Origin: Octopus vulgaris
Lineage: Eukaryota
DNA: 64,000 bases
Direction: 5' to 3'
NCBI GenBank assembly: GCA_951406725.2
Contig: OX597841.1
Location: 8,246,001 to 8,310,000, forward strand
In this document: piece by piece, positions 60,671 to 64,000 of the stretch
How positions within the stretch are numbered: position 1 is the first letter of the stretch
Layout: each line of letters begins with the position of its first letter
Made by a program: the position numbers and the translations under genes
Notes under the pieces: generated by a model
Databases searched by the model: none
Told to the model about the DNA's origin: nothing
The model's input: the letters and a program-made list of their open reading frames with translations, nothing else

Positions 60671-62184
60671 ATGCCTGAAAATGTCAGTAATAATTGGAAT
60701 TAATATGGATTTATAATCAACGTAGAGGAGCTTTAGGTTTCAAAGCAGTTACCCATAAATGTTCTCCTTCCCACTGATTGTATTACAGATGTATATATGT
60801 ATATATATATATATATCTATATGTACGTGTATCTCTAGTTATCTGTCTGTCTGTCTATGTAAATATATGTATGTGTGTCGGTGTGTGTATTTCTTAGCAG
60901 AGGTGTTGAATATATTTATCCTGCGGCAGTCTTTGCTGAGGTTGGTATTGTATCTTGCTGTAGCCAAAACATCATGTGACAGTAGGGGGAGGAAGCCCCT
61001 CGATGACATTCAGGCAGCTGATGATCACATGTGTTATTGCACGGTCAACATTTACTGTTGTGTATCTTGGTTGGCAATTTAAGGGTTTCACTGTCTCATC
61101 TGTTCATTAGATACTCCATAGCTTTCTCCTGCTCTTGGGTCACAAATATAAAAAATAAAATCCCCCAAAATAACATAGCCTTCAAGACGTGAAATGGTGT
61201 ACCAATCACAATTTGTTTTAAGGTTGCACTTCAGGTCACACTTCATTTCAAGTTTAAGGGAAACCATCATCATCATTATCATAATCATTGAACATCTGCC
61301 TTCCATGCTGGCATGGGTTGGACGGTTTGACAGGAGTTGGCCAGGCAGCAGCTGGCACCAGACTTCTCTATCTGTTTTATCAGGGTTTTTATGGCTGGAT
61401 GCCCTTCCTAAAACCAATCACCCAGCAGAGTGGACCTTTTTTTACATGGCACAAGCACAGGCGAGGTCAGTTTTGGCAAGGTTCTCACAGTTTGATGCCT
61501 TTCCAAATGCCAACCACTACACAGTGTGGACTGAATGCTTTTCACATGGCACCAGTGCTAGCAGGGCCACCAAGTGACTTGGAAGACAAAGGTCCTTTGA
61601 GAAGGGAGGGGACATTGGAGGAGATGATCTTGTGTCAGATGATGAAAGCTTACACTGAGACAGAAACAGGTGTGTTTCAGTAGAGGAGGTACATAGTTAC
61701 CCGGGCCATACATTATTGTTTATAGTATAGAGAATGTTTGTGTTCTTGTGTCGGCTGAGGTAGGCTAGTCCTACGCACCTGGGTTCAAACGAGAGGTCAA
61801 CAGAAAGCGAATGTTTATTGAAGAGTCAGTTGCAGGAACCGAAGGATGTTACAGACTTCATGCTTTAGCATTTGGTTTGATGTATCTATTTTTGCAACCG
61901 TTCTTTTTACACTGCTGTGTGATATCGTTCAGTGATATCAAACAGCCTTTAAAGCCTGCCTGGTGTTACTCTGGCATGGGATCCACGACCTAAACGGAGA
62001 TTACTTTAGGTTACTTTTTAGTTTATTTTCCCATTTTTAAATACCTTTAAGATGTTGGCTAAAGATTTTTTACAATAAATTCTTCTGTACTTAGCATTGT
62101 AAATGCATTCTTTCAAACTTCTTTCTATTTTAATGATGATAAAACTGTGTTTCCTGTAGGACTTAGTGAATAATGATCCTGTCT

Positions 62185-62392
62185 ATTATAGGCAGAAAGC
62201 CTGAAATTTGTGGGAGGGGCATAGTCGATTACATTGACCCCCAGTACTCAACTGGTACTTAATTTATCAACCCCAAAATAATGAAAGGTAAAGTCGACCT
62301 CAGTGAAATTTGAACTCAGAACGTAGCGATGAGCGAAATATCGCTAAGCATTTTGTCCAGAATGCTAATGATTCTGCCAGCTCACCTCCTTG
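62185..62392 (-). mobile_element. SINE (same family as 6077-6780)
   Basis: Reverse complement of the gagctggcagaatc...gagttcaaatt unit. Confidence 0.75.
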
Positions 62393-64000
62393 ACTTAGAG
62401 AATAATGATAAAACAACAAAAACAGGAATAAAAATAAGCCACGAGTTTTGCAACGAAAGAAATGAACCTAAAGTACGATGATGGTAGTGGTGGTGGTGGG
62501 TGATGATGATGATGATTGTGGTGGTGATGATGATGATGATGATGTAGACTGTCAAATGTACGAATGGAAAATATTTCAAGAAAGACAAAAAAAAACGGTC
62601 AAATTGGAATTAGTCAAGGGATAGAAATCACGTGGAAAACCAGAGTATTTCCCCTCATCTGATAAAGTTACACGGAACTACCTAAGAAAGTTTGTATGTG
62701 GACAAACAAATGTTTAGAAATAGCAGTCACGTATTTCCGAAATCCGTCAATTCTTTTTATAAAAGGAAGGACACTATTTAACACACACACACACGGGTGC
62801 AGGCGTTTCACTGCTTGACACCACAAACAAGTATTTTCTATTATAACTTCTTAGAAACTGAAAGTAGCCTGTTGTACATGTATATATACAGGGTGTCCCC
62901 CACACGAATGTATACACACTTTAGATAATTGTAAAGTGGGTGTTTATTAATGTTACACGTTCATATCTATGTGTATGCGTAGATATAAGTATATATGAAT
63001 ACATCCCCACTATTAGTACTATTAGTAAACAGTATGAACTGTGTCTAAGGCGGATACGCACAGTGTGTATCACTCCGCTGTACATTTACAGTTTGTGAAC
63101 ATGCCAAGTAAAGAAACGGGTAGAATCATAAAAATGCCTTCAGTGAGTTGTTTATTATCTCACCACGAACCAAAAGAATACATAACACACTGGTTGTCAT
63201 TAACAACAAGGTCCACATCAAATCTCATACTTTCTATACACAAAACTATATTACATCACATAATGTCGTATGGTGACTTGTATGTTTTAGGTTTGTTTGA
63301 ATAGATTTTGCTTTTGATCACTGAGGTGGCTTTGCTTTCTTTTTTCCTCCTGAAATACTTCTGAACAGTTTTCGATACGATTCTGCCGTGTCTGCTGTGT
63401 TTAAACGATAGAAAGAAGACGGCAGGCGATAAAATATATACACCAGGAAAATGGAGACGTTAAGAAATAGGTGACGATATTAAGTAAAGAATATTGATTC
63501 ACTGTTGGGTGAATTGTTAGAAAATGAGCATTTTTCGTTGCCTTTTGGAGCTGGCAAACCAGTCTGAGTTGGTCAGATATAGACTGCTGTTTCCAGACGT
63601 TCACTTGTGTCTTTTAGGTGAGTCCTAACCTCTGCCTCAAGGGACGAAGTCAAGAATTGCAGGGGAGCTGGTTCTGAAAGACTTGAATCGCCTCTCGTAA
63701 GTGGAATAGGAAATCTCTTAGGAGAGCTGTTTGTTGCTAGAGGCACAAAAACTGCAGTCGACAAGACTAGGTTTAAATGCTGACTAAACTTTTTAAAATG
63801 TTTACTGGTTGCACATGTAAGAATTCAGGAGAGATGCAACGCATAAAAGGAAGGCATTTTCTGTTGGAAGTTGTTGATAGGATGAAGTGTGCAGGTGAGA
63901 CATGTCTGTCGATGTGGAGTGAGAGAATGGTAACTGTTGCAGCCTGTGATGCACAGGATTTAGCGACAACATTTCTATGAATCTCATTGTGAGGATGTTA

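Noticed and set aside
63350-64000. Possible decayed retroelement coding sequence
   Set aside because: No diagnostic motif could be read with confidence.

Overview
AT-rich, repeat-dense animal genomic DNA, most likely an octopus (inferred from the SINE families, long TA/TAA microsatellites and TGEKP-type C2H2 array). The main host gene is p70 ribosomal S6 kinase (S6K/RPS6KB). Seven kinase-domain exons lie on the minus strand (687-12146) and four C-terminal exons on the plus strand (24493-33039), on either side of a 100-N gap (19984-20083). One internal kinase exon could not be found and one exon has a 1-bp frameshift. The right half holds RTE, CR1 and Penelope-like retroelements, two solo-LTR-like elements, Tc1/mariner and Helitron relics, and a six-finger C2H2 ORF that decays directly into a disrupted beta-propeller-like pseudogene. 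Several type I hammerhead ribozyme motifs are readable by eye. The best lies in a ~350-bp tandem repeat antisense to an open Penelope-like RT/GIY-YIG ORF; another lies in an insertion just downstream of the S6K stop codon that is flanked by a ~100-bp direct duplication. All family assignments come from motif recognition, not database searches.
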